From: Spironucleus salmonicida
Lineage: Eukaryota
DNA length: 64,000 bases
Assembly: GCF_000497125.1 (NCBI RefSeq)
Contig: NC_090601.1
Span: 1,488,001 to 1,552,000 of the forward strand
Direction: 5' to 3'
This document shows positions 63,707 through 64,000 of the stretch, piece after piece. Below the pieces are notes generated by a model. That model was not told where the DNA came from. It did not search any database and saw nothing but the letters and a program-made list of their open reading frames with translations. Positions within the stretch are counted from its first letter, which is position 1. Each line of letters starts with the position of its first letter. A program made the translations under genes and the position numbers.

Positions 63707-64000
63707 ATGGAATCCGCTCTAGATCTAGCACTTTCCAATATTTACAAATACCACTCATCGGAAACGTTTGTTAATATTAAAAAATATGCTATGGAGAGTA
63801 TTTAAGAATATGCGTAATTGATAAATGATAATTTATCGTCATAAATGATTGGATTCACCAAAGACGAAAAAATTTAGATTGTATGTCCACATTCTAAGCA
63901 TTAAGTTAAAATTTAGGATTTTTAAGTTTGGCATGATAATGTAGTGAAACTTGTCTAAGATATCATTGAGCCGAAAAGTGAAAGCAATTCCGTTTAATCT
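63707..64000 (+). CDS. Hypothetical protein, partial
   Basis: MESALDLALSNIYKY... is open to the window end. Confidence 0.6.

Overview
Compact, AT-rich eukaryotic DNA read in genetic code 6 (TAA/TAG = Gln, TGA the only stop), so the supplied standard-code ORF track shows only fragments of the real genes. I hand-translated all genes below in code 6. The code, the Giardia-like histones H3/H3B and Rub1, the apparent absence of introns, short spacers, C-rich pre-ATG motifs and AG-TGA gene ends point to a hexamitid diplomonad (Spironucleus-like; inference). The window holds about 50 CDS and one tRNA-Leu(CAG). Recognisable products include a USP, a BPI-like protein, formin, RPB10, two palmitoyl-protein thioesterases, endonuclease III, a PHF5A-like protein, H3 and H3B, an E2, NEDD8/Rub1, a Qb-SNARE, an eIF3a-like protein, a SET2/NSD-like methyltransferase, Vps15, two Mybs, glucokinase, Spo11, an MFS transporter, Atg18, an E2F/DP-like protein and a SPIRAL2-like protein. 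The main unexplained structure is a 710-bp GC-rich cassette present twice in inverted orientation (22963-23672 and 29764-30473, one visible SNP). It brackets five host genes and carries an acidic 96-aa gene, a convergent basic mini-gene interrupted by TGA at codon 3, and the 3' end of a membrane-protein gene. All family calls rest on motif recognition by eye; no database searches were run.
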